From positions 36,156,304 to 36,220,303 of the forward strand of contig NC_092671.1 of NCBI RefSeq assembly GCF_964355755.1: a stretch of 64,000 bases of DNA, read 5' to 3'. Position 1 is the stretch's first letter. Each line of letters starts with the position of its first letter. The notes beneath the pieces are model-generated. The model was not told the origin of the DNA and ran no database searches. It worked only from the letters and a program-made list of their open reading frames with translations. Below are positions 1 through 14,421 of the stretch, in pieces. Source of the stretch: Antedon mediterranea (Eukaryota; Animalia; Echinodermata). The translations under genes were made by a program, and so were the position numbers.

Positions 1-941
1 GGCCAATCGCCCTTTTCAAGGACATGCTGAAAACCTAGGCCTACTTTATTTAATAATAAAAATGTTGAGAAATTAAAAGTGCAAAATGTAGATATTACGT
101 AAGTACGTGTTGAAATATAATACAACTTCAACATTTAAATTAGTATACAAGAACTTTTTACTTTCAAAATATGATGAACGTTAAATATGTTGATTGTAAT
201 TGTTTGTAACTACTGTGGAATAGCGTTGAACCGAGAATTACTTGCGTATTTTTTCGCAAGTATTCTCAATGTAACGTCTCAAATTACGTCAGAGTAGGGC
301 AAAACATCTGACCAGTTAAATATATACTTCATAAGACCAGTTAAGATCGGATAAAGTGGTTTAAATAGAAATTGTAGCTCTGTTTTCTTTTATTTATTAT
401 TAGTTTATGTATTTTTTTTCTTTTTCGTATTTATTGTTATATCTTGGGCTGGGTCAAACTTAAAGTGTTTCTGACTTATATGACCCTCACCCCACATGAT
501 TACTTCATTGTATTTATTATCTAGTATGTTATTGTGTATTGTGGAAATAAATTAAATTGAAATTGAAATAAATATAATAAAATATTATAAGAAGATAACA
601 TAAAGAAATAACATCTATTTCGTTATTGAAATTAGCGGATGTGACGTAATTGATGTATGAATCACTGGAAATTAATAACATAATTAATAACAATTGAAAC
701 AGAAACCCACAGTTCGTTGTTTATGGGAAATATGAATTAATCACATTATGTAAGTTAAGGCATAGGCCTACTGTTAAACAGGAAAATCATTGTAAGTTCG
801 GAGGACGACCAATCAGAGAAGAGTATAAGTAAAGAGTTGAAAGGTCAAATAATGTGTGGCATTATGTAAATGATACCATCGATGATTACGAGTAATTTAC
901 ATACTGTAATAAACGTAGTAATTTAACGAAGAAAACTCTAA

Positions 942-1100
942 AGCTCTGTCTACACTATTACACTTTATATGACAAAAATGTGATGTGCCCATATATGGAC
1001 ATGATGATGTCATACCACTACCATATTTAAGCATATCTCTACCATATTTGGGTACATCACACTTTTTTTGTCAAACTAGTTTGATAGTGTGGACAGAGAT
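942..1100. mobile_element. Family A MITE (~160 bp, PIF/Harbinger-type)
   Basis: TIR AGCTCTGTCTACACTATCAAACT; internal GTGATGTGCCCATATATGGACATGATGATGTCATATCACTACCATATTT; TAA/TTA-type flanks in most copies. Confidence 0.85.
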
Positions 1101-2299
1101 TTCAATAAAGCAAGATGTAGCAACAGAAAGACGGTGCGAGAAAGAGGAAGGAATGATGCTAAATAAGGACAGGACCTACCGACCAACCGAAAATGTTCAT
1201 ATCACTGCACAACGAAGGCTGTTTGAAGCGTCTCCGTGTAAAATATTGAATATAAAATACAAAAAAAAAACAAAGGCTGGGTTTTCTATTTACATAATTA
1301 TCAATAGGCCTACAATCCGGACCGACCGATAAACAGCCAATGTACACCTAATATGCTTAAATGTACACCGCTGACTCAACAAAATGTTATTGTAAAACGG
1401 TAGCAATAGCTGGATTACAAGAAAACGGTCTCTTTGTGTTCTACAACAGAAACACCATTTACAACTTAATTCAAAGATTTACTGATCTAAATGATGACAC
1501 GTGTAAAACACGAAATAATGTACGAACCGCAACGAACCGCAAAATCACAACCAAAGAAAACCTTGTATCAATAAGGACACGGCTTCAAAGAAGATTAGAA
1601 TCAATTAAATTAGATTGGTGAAAAATTTTACCAATTCTAAACTTTGTTCAGCACCTTTGTCCTGTCAAAACGACAATGATTGATATAAAATGTGAATAGA
1701 AAATCAAATACTCTTGCTTTTGTTCTACACCTAAATAACACCTGGATTCAATTTCCGTTGAATTTTACTGAGAAAAAGCTCCAATAAAATGGTTAATGAA
1801 AAAAAGAATGGCTTTGAGATAAAAAAAAAATCCTTAGGAGGCATAATGAAATGGTGTGTCTGTGGTAGATAACTGTCAAATCAAGTAACGTCCAAAATCT
1901 CGGTGGTAAACCGAACACATGGTACTTGCAGTTATACGATTACTGGCAAAAGCTTAGCTAAAGGCAGTATTCAAACTCCATTTTATACAAGTTTATTAAA
2001 CATAACCTACATTTGTCGTAAAATAATTGTTAAAGCATAAATACCCGTGTGAAGCAGTAGGCCTACTTTACAGTCCGTATCGATAAAAACTGTATTTAAG
2101 TCACAAGCTACGGAGCGGAAGACGGTTCCGTTTACGATCGACACTATATTTTCGTTAAACAAGTGCATAATCTATTACACAACTTATAATTTTAAAGCTT
2201 GGTTCCCACTAGGCTGCAACGCAAGGACGTAAACGCAACGCAAGCGAGTTGACAAATCACAAACAAAAATTCGGATAATCCATCGCTTTGAATTGCTAA

Positions 2300-2477
2300 A
2301 ACTTGGTTCCCACTAGAACGTAACGCAAGGACGTAAACGCAACGCAAGCGGTTTAACCAATGACAAGCGAAGTTATAGACATTTAGCAATCACAAGCGAA
2401 TAGGCCATCGCTTGTGATTGGTCAATTCAATTGCGTTGCGTTACGTCCTTGCGTTACGTTCTAGTGGGAACCAAGCT
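2300..2477. mobile_element. Family B MITE, intact palindromic copy
   Basis: CTTGGTTCCCACTAGAACGTAACGCAAGGACGTAA ... TTACGTCCTTGCGTTACGTTCTAGTGGGAACCAAG; TAA/TTA flanks. Confidence 0.8.
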
Positions 2478-2480
2478 TTA

Positions 2481-5295
2481 AGCGTGGTTCCCACTATAGT
2501 CCATGGGATTTAGCTAAAAAATGACCCTTTTCTCACACAAATTGCAAGAAAAGGTTTTTTTGATGAAATGTGTTCTTTAGACCCTACTGAACATATTTAT
2601 CAACGTTAGGACATTTTTCGACAACGGGAAGTAGCCTAATTTGCATAATTAAAAATGGCCGCCATTTTTGATAACGTACTCTGTATCTTGAAAACCGCTA
2701 GTCACAGATACTTAATTATGGTGTCAAAATCGTTAGAATATATGTTTTTATATTCACTTTATTGAAAAAGTTTGTCCAAAAATGAATGGAAGTGCTATTT
2801 CTAACATTATTGACCTTTGACCTTGAACTCTCATATCTCAGCAACCACTAATCGGAGATATACAAATTAGGGCTTAAATTGTTCAGAAACTACACATTTA
2901 TATCCAGTCTAATGGCATGTTTTTGCAAAAAATGGCGGATTCTAACATTATTGACCTTTGACCTTGATTTATCATATCTTAGCAACCACTAATCTGAGAG
3001 ACACACAATATGGCTCAAACTGTTCAAAAACTACATATTTATATTTAGTCTAATGGCATGTTTTTGCAAAAAATGGCCGATTCTAACATTATTGACCTTT
3101 GAACTTTGCACTACATAAAATCGCATAACTTTGAAAATATTGTACATATGAAATTATTTTTAGTGTCAAATTATTCAGAACATACATGTTTCTATAGAGT
3201 CCAATGACACATTATGTCCAATAATGGCCTATTGTATGGTTATTAACATTTGAACTATATCCCGGAATCTTCTTCATGTGGACATCCATTAGAACATGTG
3301 ATTTGGCACTCTAAAATGTAAGAGTTGCAATGTTGACTTATTATGTTTAGTTTAAAGTAGGCCATGGTACACTAAATTTATAAGCATAAACTATTGCATT
3401 CATCCATAAACTGCCTACAAGTTTACACGTTTGTTTATTTTATTTCTTATCGTTTTCGCAGCTGAAGCTGAATTACAATATATTTATATTAAAAGCATTA
3501 AAATTGATGGTTAAAAAATGGTAAAAATTAAACCACATAGAAACATGGTACATACACAATACATTCACGTAAAAAAAGTACAAAAACAAGTAATAAAAGG
3601 TTAAAAACTATACACGACTAGTAGTCGTACTGTATATGGTTATTGAAATAAATAAATAAATTCCATAAGAAACTGAGGTTTTTACTGTATACGGCGAAAA
3701 TATTGCAAGTGGTGGTCAGCCTAATTATGAGTCTCGATAGCCAATTAATTAAACTAAACTAAATATGTTGCATTAATATCGATCTTTTAAAATTCCAGTT
3801 GTCAACAATGCGTCTATTAGTAGAAAATGCCTTCTTAATAAGACTATGTTTCAACCTAAAAGAATGCCCTCAAGAGTGATGCTATCCTTAGCAAAATATA
3901 AACTAAATAATCTTTAGAAATTTGTTTTTTTAATATGCCATTTAATGGCAATTTAATTTGATCAAAATATAAATTACTAACTTGAAAAAAACGTTAATAA
4001 ACCTGCAAAATGGCATGGCCTATTTAAAGTATGTACAATGTAACAATATATCATAAAAAAAACTACATTTTTGTTGGCTCTGTTAATAGTGTCAACACCA
4101 ACTTTCTCCTGAGTAAGATGTAAGACCTAATTAAAAATTTATTAATAATCCAAACCTATAATGTATGTATACATAGTCTAATATTTTTTTTTTTTAGTGA
4201 ATATTTCAGTTTTTAAATTTAATTTAAATCAACTGGTTACATGCACTTTAAATTACCACCATATTCTAAACAAGTAGTGCCAAATCACATGTTCTAATGA
4301 ATGCCTACATGAAGAAGATTCCGGGTTTAAAAATCCTTTTCAAATATAGTTCAAATGTTAATAACCATACAATAGGTCATTATTGGACATAATGTGTCAT
4401 TGGACTCTATAGAAACATGTATGTTCTGAATAATTTGACACTAAAAATAATTTCATATGTACAATATTTTCAAAGTTATGCGATTTTATGTAGTGCAAAG
4501 TTCAAAGGTCAATAATGTTAGAATCAGCAATTTTTGGCAAAAACATGCCATTAGACTAAATATAAATATGTAGTTTCTAAACAGTTTGAGCCATATTGTG
4601 TGTCTCTCAGATTAGTGGTTGCTAAGATATGATAAATCAAGGTCAAAGGTCAATAATGTTAGAATCCGCCATTTTTTGCAAAAACATGCCATTAGACTGG
4701 ATATAAATGTGTAGTTTCTGAACAATTTAAGCCCTAATTTGTATATCTCCGATTAGTGGTTGCTGAGATATGATAAATCAAGGTCAAAGGTCAATAATGT
4801 TAGAAATAGCACTTCCATTCATTTTTGGACAAACTTTGTCATTAAAGTGAATATAAAAACATATGTTCTAATGATTTTGACACCATAATTAAGTATCTGT
4901 GACTAGCGGTTTCCAAGATACAGAGTACGTTATTAAAAATGGCGGCCATTTTTAATTATGCAAATTAGGCTACTTCCTGTTGTCGAAAAATGTCCTAACG
5001 TTGATAAATGTGTTCAGTATGGTCTAAAAAACACATTTCATCAAAAAAACCTTTTCTTGCAATTTGTGTGAGTTAAAAGTCTAAATCCCATGGACTACTA
5101 GAACGCATTGCGACGTAGCCTATTGACGCAAAGTGGTGCATTGCGTAATAACAAGTAGGAGGAACCGACGGCGCAACACTGCTGCAAACATCGCAGGTTC
5201 GATTTCACGCAGGCGGGGGAAAACACAATGATTGGAAGGGCATTTTCTTACGTTGAGTGATTGCGTTACGTTGCGTTGCTCGTGAGAACCAAGCT
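2481..5295. mobile_element. Family B-related MITE split by the foldback element
   Basis: AGCGTGGTTCCCACTA[insertion]GAACG...GAGAACCAAGCT, TSD TTA/TTA; body 5161-5255 matches 63665-63756 in reverse orientation. Confidence 0.75.
2497..5097. mobile_element. Non-autonomous foldback DNA transposon with ~810-bp TIRs (Academ-like)
   Basis: Ends TAGTCCATGGGATTTAG...CTAAATCCCATGGACTA; 3-bp TSD CTA (2494-2496 / 5098-5100); arms ~2497-3310 and ~4277-5097 are near-identical reverse complements containing ~140-bp subrepeats; no ORF. TAG...CTA termini, 3-bp TSD and long TIRs fit Academ. Confidence 0.85.
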
Positions 5296-5975
5296 TTACG
5301 TCGCGCTTACGTCTTTGCGTTGCGTCCTAGTGTGAACTAAGCTTTATGGCGAGGTACGCAATATACGTTACAACATAATATTATTACACCAAATACGTTG
5401 ATGATGAAGTATCATAATTAAAATTGATAGCTTACCGAAACTAAACATTCAAATCACAAATTGTACTTGTCTATTCTAATTAACGCGTTTCAAGAGAAGT
5501 TGACGGAAGAGCCCTAGGAAAAAAGCACACTGTATATCTCGTATACTTTACTCAACTTGAATGAATGAATAATAGAATGCAGTTTCACATTGTTATTTAG
5601 CTTAGCTATTTACTACTATTTTTAGATTTAGTGACGTCATTAGTATTGTTTTCACATATAATTTTAATCATAACAAATTTCAGTTAAAAAAAATATATTA
5701 ATATAATACTGTATCTTTAAAATAATTACAGCTCTCACACAAATTGATAATTAAAATGCGTCAGTCCGTGGAACAGGATGACCGCACCCCATCTCTTTCT
5801 CAAGACCGCATGACGAAGCGAACTTATTTTTTTCAATAGTGCTGTAAATACTCTGTATAAATGAAAAATGTCAGACGCTGTAAACCAAGATAACATATGT
5901 GTAAGGCGAATACCATTAAGGTTCAATTTACTTTACTATTTAATGTTACTTAATGAGCTGAACTTTACCTACTTA

Positions 5976-6112
5976 AGCTTTGTCTACACTATCAGAAAAG
6001 GGTGATGTGCCCAAATATGGTAGTGGTATGCTTAAATATGGTAGTCCATTTCCAAGTCCATGGGCACATCACATTTTTTTTTCACACAAAGTTTGATAGT
6101 GCAGACAGAGCA
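5976..6112. mobile_element. Family A MITE
   Basis: Same TIR and body, opposite orientation to 942-1100. Confidence 0.8.
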
Positions 6113-7097
6113 TTTAAAAAACAAACAAAGAATGATTAAATGTGGGCCTATTCTTAAATTGTTACCATCAAACGAGATGTTCTGCTAAATTACCTTAATT
6201 AAAAGGAAACACTAAGTTAACATAATCACGATTTTGTATTTCTTGATCTTACACCGCATCCCTAAATAGATCAATATGATTTGAAAAAGTGTTGAATTAA
6301 CCTATGTATGGATATAGACCCGAGAAGATATGGATATAGTCCCGAAAAGATATGGATATAGACCCGAGAAGGGTGTAGATGGTTATACATCCGAGAAGGG
6401 TCAGTGATTAACATGTGAAAGTAAGTTCTTTCTAAGGCCTGTAATTTGTGTGAATTTAGCAGTATAGAATACGTTTTATAAAAACGGTCACACACGCGTT
6501 TTCTTTTGTCACTTTTGTTCAATGCCTTTTATCTTGGCGTTGACGTCATTTCACCCATGTATTTTGTGGACAAGTCAGTATTTTGTACCTTTGATAAAGA
6601 CGATACATTACATCCGGGATACCACGTGGTAAAAAGCAGATGGTCACAGTTGTGTCAAACTTAAACTTGTTACTGTCAAATGCGATTCCTAAAGACAATG
6701 GTCTAGACCCACGATCTTGTGCCGCGCCTACAAGACGGTGACATTGGCCTACACTTTGCGCACAGGAAATCAATTCCAGAGTTCTCTTAACTATCATCTA
6801 ATAAATGCATCGTTTTTAAAATCTCGTAAAATCTATATTTTTCCTTGCCTGGTTAATTAATTAATTTCTCGTGATTTGGTTGACGTCATTAAACTAATCT
6901 TGCAATCCTTCTGGAAAATAACAAATATCAACATCCTGTGAATGTCTATCACCAGTGGCCAATGGTGGATATATAAGTTTTAGTAGTAGTAGTGGACATG
7001 TCATTAGGTCACATTAAAATCAAATGTACATTGTAACGTTTACGCGAAAAGCATTGATTAAAGGATATCTTTAAAAGAAATGAAACCATTTGCGATA

Positions 7098-7223
7098 CAG
7101 TAAAAACCGATATTAAGGGACGCCTTTGGGGACCAAACTAAAGTGTCCCCTTAATAGTATATATATGTACTCAGGAAAATGGCCCTTTAATAGAGGTGTC
7201 CCAAAAAGGATGGGTTCTAACTG
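7098..7223. mobile_element. Tc1/mariner (pogo/Tigger-like) MITE
   Basis: TA-CAGT...ACTG-TA termini; internal GTCCCCTTAATAG repeats; related fragments near 33727-33855 and 63946-63997. Confidence 0.6.
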
Positions 7224-10200
7224 TATTTTAAATTATAATATTACTTGATAGGCCTATAGGCTATATCACGTGACAAGCTACCCTGGATAGTCACATGAGG
7301 AGTTTTAAAAGAACCCAGGCACTTCATGCTGATGCTAAAACGGAACTCGACAGAGGCGCTAGGGCAACGAGTTGACAGAGATAACCACAAATTGAAGGAT
7401 AATATAATATTCATAATTATTAGATTTAGGTTCTTTAAAATCAGTACAACGTAAAGCTACTGTAGATAAAGTTTTTTCTAAGCCTAAATAGGTCGAATCG
7501 GCCCATCATAATATTATGGAAATCAGTCATTTTGTTTCGATCTACCGGGTGGGGGTGATGGCTCATACCCTCCTCCTCAATTATCAACACAAACGCCACC
7601 ATGACCGTCGTGAAACATCCTAATATTTTCTCTTTCCGCGTTATTTTAATCAATCAATCAATCAACATTTATTAATTTCTATCAATGGTAAACAATACAA
7701 TACAATAAAAATTGTAATATATAATGAAACAATAATAATTAATAAAGGATCTTGCAAGGAGAAATTTCTTGTCACGCAAGACACATAAACGAAAAGAAAA
7801 AATGCATTTATAAAGCTACCTTGATTTAACATAAAAAAAAGCCATAACATAGGCCTAAAATTACTGTAAGTTACCGTAGAACAGTAAAGTATTTTAAATA
7901 TATTGTATAATCCGGGTTGTAAAATGAAAACAAACAAATGAAAATGTGTGAACTATTTTAAAACGGGATAGATGACAATGATGATCCTGTCAAGTGTATA
8001 ACAAAATATACGAAAATTAATGAAAAAAGGAGTAATACAGAATTCATATAAAAATGTTACTTATGAACTGTAACGACATTTACAAGTTAAATAATACGAT
8101 TTTATGTAATATGAGATAATATGAATGTGAATAAAAGTGGTGTTTGCGCCACAAAAGAGAAAAAAAAAAGTATTTTAAATCATTAATTAATTAATGAATT
8201 ACATTATGGCATAGTTAATTTGATTTTATTTAAGGCCAACAACATTAGTAGGCCTATGTACATTATAAATGGCCTGTGATCTGTCAGCCCAAGTTTCGGT
8301 ATAACTATGTTGAATGTGAAAGTCCACAGTCAGCTGTGACATCCACGTTTCATTTCTCTACCGGCAAAGATAGGTTGATGCTCACGTATAAGCAGTATCT
8401 AGGGAACTGGGATAATATTGGGGTCAATCTACCTAATATCGGTATAACTAACGCTGTCAGGTCCCGTATCAACCTACTCGTCTTCAACAATAGGTAAACT
8501 CTCAAAGGGCCTAACTCTGGGAGGGAGGGCTGTGAAAATGAATAAGTAGAACAGAGAGTGCCGGAACCAATTTCATGCACAAAATGTAATATATCGTAAC
8601 AGAACATAGATTTGGGAATCGATAAACTCAAACTTAAGTCAACACATGTGTGAACAACCCTGAGACAGAAAAAGAAAGTTAATTTTATGAAGCGGTAGTG
8701 TTGATAGACGAAGAAAGATGAACATACACGGATGATTTACGCTAACGATGGACAAATACATTCAGTTGGACGGATGTACGTGATATGGAGCATCATCTTC
8801 AATTACATTAATGTATTGTTGTTATGGTAATTAACATTTAATGAATTACTGATAGTTAAGCTCTTTGGAATGTTCAATAACATTATGAATGTATACAGTT
8901 AACGACTACATTGACGTCCTGATGTATGAAAAATTTTTATTTTTTTTTTTATTTTCTGGGTTTGAATCATAGAATTTGTTCAATGATTGCAATAAATTTA
9001 ATTGGGGCCATGACAATTTTAATGAATGATTTTAATTTACAAATGTGATTGCACAATTTTATAACGCTGAACTTTATGAAATTTTTACATAAAATGTCAG
9101 ATAATGTGCCAGTGACGTCACAAGTTCCTGGACATCCCTCGATATCCAGGGTTAATTTATTAAGCATAGAAATAAGTGCAGTAGTTAACTATTTTCTACA
9201 TAATTTAATTTCTAATAGTGCATGTTTTATGTATTAAATACCATGAACTTGGAATAGATTCTAGATACTGAGTGATGGATGTTCTTGTCCAGGGGTACGA
9301 AATAAATTTTGAAGACAGACATCTAACCAGGAGCAGTTCGTTAAATATGATATATATTATCAGTACTAATAATTCCATGGTCAAAATCATCAGTTCAATT
9401 TCTGATTTGATTAACAAAAAGTTCAAGTATGTGGTAGTTGTATTACATTTTTTTTTTTTACATTTGAAGATCTATCTGTGGATATCTGCGAAAAATATGA
9501 ATGAATTAAGTAGAGATTAAAACGTTTGACTTTTCAATTTCAAAAATCATACGAAGAAACTAAAGAAAAACACTAACTGAATCAACAAAATAATATTAGA
9601 TATTGATAGATGAATTTACCTATATTAAGCCGTTAGTAAAGTACCGGTAGTATTCCCATATCTTGACTAAAAATGGTAAAGTATTAGGCCTATCCGTACT
9701 GGACGTTATTTACAATACCCTCCCCGGTTATAAGCCCATATTATAGATTTTCTTGGGAATCACCTGAGCTAAACACGAACAATAGAATGACATAACTAAA
9801 CTACGGCAGGTGAGTTGGTGATGGACAATGCTGATACGCTTGACCTCAGGTGACCGATTCAAATGTTCTTCTATCTGTTCTCAACACCAGCTAACCAATA
9901 ATCGGAAGTCACGTGACGTTGGTAGCAATCCCTTGTGATGGATGGCTACAATTTTCCCACGTGACTCATCATCTATTCTGAACTCGTTTGTTTCTCCAGG
10001 TAACTTGACGGTTACATCAAACCATGTTCACATGTACACCTGAGATTTAACTTCCATCATGATGATAATTAGGCGCTACAGGTAGATATGTAAAGAAACT
10101 TCCGGCAGACGACTGCCACAAGGAGCGAAGTAGCAGGTGGGAGGGATGAGGCAATCGTTAGTTGTGGATGTGGCCGGCTTAAAACATGAAATAAAATGAA

Positions 10201-12752
10201 CACAATGTATTCATTCATCATACGTTGAGTCATTTTTGACACCTGTCATTCTAGCGAGCACCTGTGTAAATCGTTATTTTTTTATTGTAACGTCGGTTAA
10301 ACATTTTTTGTATAAAAAAGAAATACAGATAAAAATTAAACTGAAGTATCAGCTAAACAAGTTGATTAGTATTACTCTAGTTTTATATACTATAAATATG
10401 TAGTATAGTTATTAGTTACTCTGATGAAGAAATAGTGTTTTCCAAAAGCGTAGAATTTCTTCTGTTCTTCACCATTTTGATTTAGATTTTTACTTATTTA
10501 TTAAATGTGTATCTACATTGAAATCCAGCCAGCCACAACCTTCTATTGTCATTTCTTTTCACTAATCAGTCATGATTAAAAATGTGAAGAATATCGTCAT
10601 CTGTTATGTTGAGTGAGTTAGTAGAGGAAATCATGGAGAATAGTGTTAACTGTTCTGATAAGAATATTAGCTGTTTAGTGGGCATAATATTCAAGAGGCA
10701 AAAAAAGTTAATGAAAAAATGTAAAGGGAATGGATCGGAAAATTTATAAGAAAAAAAGTGAATATAAAAAGCAATAAGGTACAAATCCTCACTAATTTGA
10801 CTTCGAATTTATAATTATTTGTAAAGTTAAATAAATGGATTACATCAGGAAGAAACCCTAAATTAAATTTGGTGAACATGGGACCACATTACGAGGCCTA
10901 AATAAAATTTTATTAGAAATTATTCCAAAAGACAGTTAATTCACGTTTAGCCATGTGTTACCTATCAAAGTGTATAATAATAATAATCTTTATTGGAAAT
11001 TACACCTTTTTAATCGGACGTGCCAAACGGTGCATCCAAGAAGAACAAAACAAAACAAAACTTAAAAACGACAATAAATATACAAAAAAAATTAATATAC
11101 ATATTGGAAGAACGTAGCCTAAAATGTAATAATATATCTCTAGTTTAGTTTAATTTAGCTTATGTTTGAAACATTAAAAAAAAATTGGATTGGATGAGTC
11201 ATAAATTCCTTCCCATACTTTACATGGCCTACCTGACGATTATCAGGAGTTTTAAACCTACCTGGGAAAATCAAATACCGGTGCTATCTAAAATTAATGT
11301 ATAGTAGATACATTCATTGTTTCATTATTTCCTGCGTTTCTTCCTGTTTCTCTATCTTGTCGCAAAGTGATTTTAAGGAAACAGTTGCGTATATTGGTTT
11401 TACTTTCACTTATAAAACCCATAGATTACCTGCGGGTTCACGAGGGGTACTGGAATATACTTTAGTTGCACGAAACTGTTACTTAACCAATCTGAGAAGA
11501 ACACACACCAGTTTCTCTGGTCTAGGTCAACTTCAGTTGCTGTATCTATCAGCTTATTCTCGGTACTGTAAATTTGCCTGTATCATAGACCCTAATCTAA
11601 CCAGTAACCCTCCCATGATATGACACCACATGTAAAATGTTGACAAATTTGTGCAGTTTTGATAATCGGTTTTCAATAACACTTACTAACGTTATTTTGT
11701 GGCGTCATCCTGTATACACATTATTAAGTGGCGAAAGTGTATTCACATTTATAAAAAAAACACAATTTTTGAAAATTGTGAGAAGCTCCACAACGCCATA
11801 CTGATCATCCACGCTGTAATGATCACACGGCAATGATCGACCACGATCTGCAAATCTATTTTCTTACTGACAACGTGTACGCGCGAGCTCCGTTAAGCAA
11901 TTGGAATATATGCCTTCACATATATTGAAATAATCAAGCAAATACGGATAACAACAATTATTGATCAGATTTACCTTTATTATAATTACACCTGAACTTT
12001 TAATCAATCAGCTGACTTGAATCGCATCGTCGATCGTTTCTATGGAAGGCCAACTGTTACAGTACAACTTTGAATAAGTTACATCTAAAGATTATATTAA
12101 TCGAGTTTGAACATGAAATATACAAAGTAGCTAAATCTAAGTATTATCGAAGGAGGTGCCACTGCAAGGTTAATGATGTTCACTGAAAGCGTGCCAATCG
12201 TATGTACGTCCTTGGGAAAGTCAGTTTTCCACCCATCCCTGTCATATTCCCGTATAAATGAAATATCTTAATAATGACTTGCAATTAGCCCACGGACAAA
12301 CATTAAACAATAACCATTTTTTTAATTAGAACAATTACAATTACGGGGTTTTATAGTCACGCAGGGTGCACGTGATATTGAATCCAGATTGATGACCCTT
12401 GACCAGGAATTTCCCCTAATTGTAAATTGTAATTTCGTCGAACCTATAAGGTAATGATTTCAAACCTATACGCTATAATTTGTGGAATTAGAGTGTATCG
12501 TCTGCTTATCTTTGCCGCCACATTTCTTAATGTTCGCTTGGAATCGTGGGATAGATTGCGTGCATAATGTAAATCACGTGAAGCTGTGATGTTGGCTGCA
12601 GCCACTGCTTGTTAAGAATTGTTCGTAAAAATAAATGATTAATATACGCCCTGAAGACAGTTTAAAGGGACCGTCCACCGAGTAAACGTGTTAAACCCGG
12701 CCACCATAACACACAGTTACACATTACAGTGCAAACAAGTTAGCAAGAGTAA

Positions 12753-12891
12753 AGCTATGTCTACACTATCAAACTAGTTTGACAAAAAAAGTGTGATGTA
12801 CCCAAATATGGTAGTGATATGACATCATCATGTCCATATATGTGCACATCACATTTGTTGTCACATAAAGTTTGATAGTGTAGACAGCGCT
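12753..12891. mobile_element. Family A MITE
   Basis: Same TIR and body; TSD TAA/TAA. Confidence 0.85.
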
Positions 12892-13052
12892 TAATGAAAA
12901 TTTGCGGAATCGGCGCCGTCTTCTATTTAGTGAAACGAAAGAGACCTGTTTCCTTATATTTTTTCTAAGGTGGGTGACGCAGAAACCATTCTCGACCCGT
13001 TTTTGTTGAACGCATGTACTTGACGCAGCCAACCCTCACGTGTAACATGTTA

Positions 13053-13211
13053 AGCACTGTCTACACTATCAAACTAGTTTGACAAAAACAGTGTGATGTG
13101 CCTAAATATGGTAGCGATATACACAAATATGGTAGTGATATGACATCACAATGTCCACATATGGGCACATCACATTTTTTTGTCACAAAGTTTTATAGTG
13201 TGGACACAGCT
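13053..13211. mobile_element. Family A MITE
   Basis: Same TIR and body; TSD TTA/TTA. Confidence 0.85.
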
Positions 13212-14421
13212 TTACACAAATTGAAAAGTAATAAATTGTATCTTAAATATACCTCTATACGTAGCAACATGTTTCAATACGTTGACCGTTGATCACATTA
13301 AACAATTTGGACAACATACGTCACTGAACCATTAGAATGAACTATTTCTGTAGTCTGAATGTAACATCTATATAATCACAGACATATTTTAATTATAATA
13401 GTTTTGACGTACTCTTGGCTCATATTCTATATCCACCGTCATCTAGATGGGCAGATGGGCAAAAGATGTTTAGTGCGCAGTGCATCAAAGGAAAGGCTCC
13501 CAAAATATATTATTATACCCGCCCACTGCGAACTGAATAAAGCATACGTCTGATGTATTTAACATATCATTGATTCGGTTTAAAATTTGCATGACTAATT
13601 TTAATTTAGGTTACTGTAAATACTAACAAGGCTGGTTTACCACATATTATTTCGGGGATATTATGGCCAACTTTTAAAATATTTCAACCCACTCTATTAA
13701 CGCCAATCCCAAGGTCGATAACGTTTTAAAAAACATAGATTCTTAAAGAAGAAATGTTAATTCCTCCACTCTATAAACCTCTGCGATTGAACCCTGGCAT
13801 TCGTGCATTTGTTTCCCTAACCGAACGGAACCATCAAACTGCCGGTTACATGCATCGGTAATTTATTTGAATTCTAACCAAAGTGACGCGTGGAACAATG
13901 CCAGATTTGATTGTATTTGATGAACATTCACGTAATCTAACTTGTAAAAGTTTCTGTATTAGTTGCTGGAAAAAACTATGATAATTTTAAATTACTTGGA
14001 TAATTATGATACAGAATAAACGCGACTAGGTAGATTAGATAAAACAGAAGAGGAATGTTGCTAAGCTGTTTATCACTTTGGCAGTATGACAACACAGGGT
14101 CTGACTTTTTGTATTATGAACATTGTCGTATTAACACTAGCCATCACTCGTTATCTCCCCACTCCTTGACTGCTACTCCCATGTATTATGCACATTTACG
14201 TAAGCTAACGGGTAAGCAGTCGAGTAAGTTATAATAAAGTAGCGATGTAGAGTTGCTTAAACGGATTAATAATGATGTAAATAAATTCCAGACTATGGCA
14301 ATTATTTCCAGAACTAAGTGCATGGTAAATAGAAGTATGTGTTATGCGAAGATAATTATTCTGAAAAGGTCTATTTCAATGCTGGTACTCGTCAAGATGA
14401 GCAAGGCAATGTTTTTATGAT

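Larger units (their letters stand above)
2196..5343. mobile_element. Outer PIF/Harbinger-type MITE (family B) hosting nested insertions
   Basis: Left end AGCTTGGTTCCCACTAGGCTGCAACGCAAGGACGTAA pairs with right end TTACGTCTTTGCGTTGCGTCCTAGTGTGAACTAAGCT; TAA/TTA flanks. Confidence 0.7.

Noticed and set aside
985-1332. Recurrent ORFs containing [13 protein letters not shown] (also 20800, 31106, 62754 and reverse-frame equivalents)
   Set aside because: Translations of the family A MITE, not a protein family.
10972-11300. Possible LINE 3' end on the minus strand (AATAAA + (ATT)n); similar tails near 440-570, 7645-7790 and 42600-42735
   Set aside because: Too degenerate to assign; no readable ORF2 motif.
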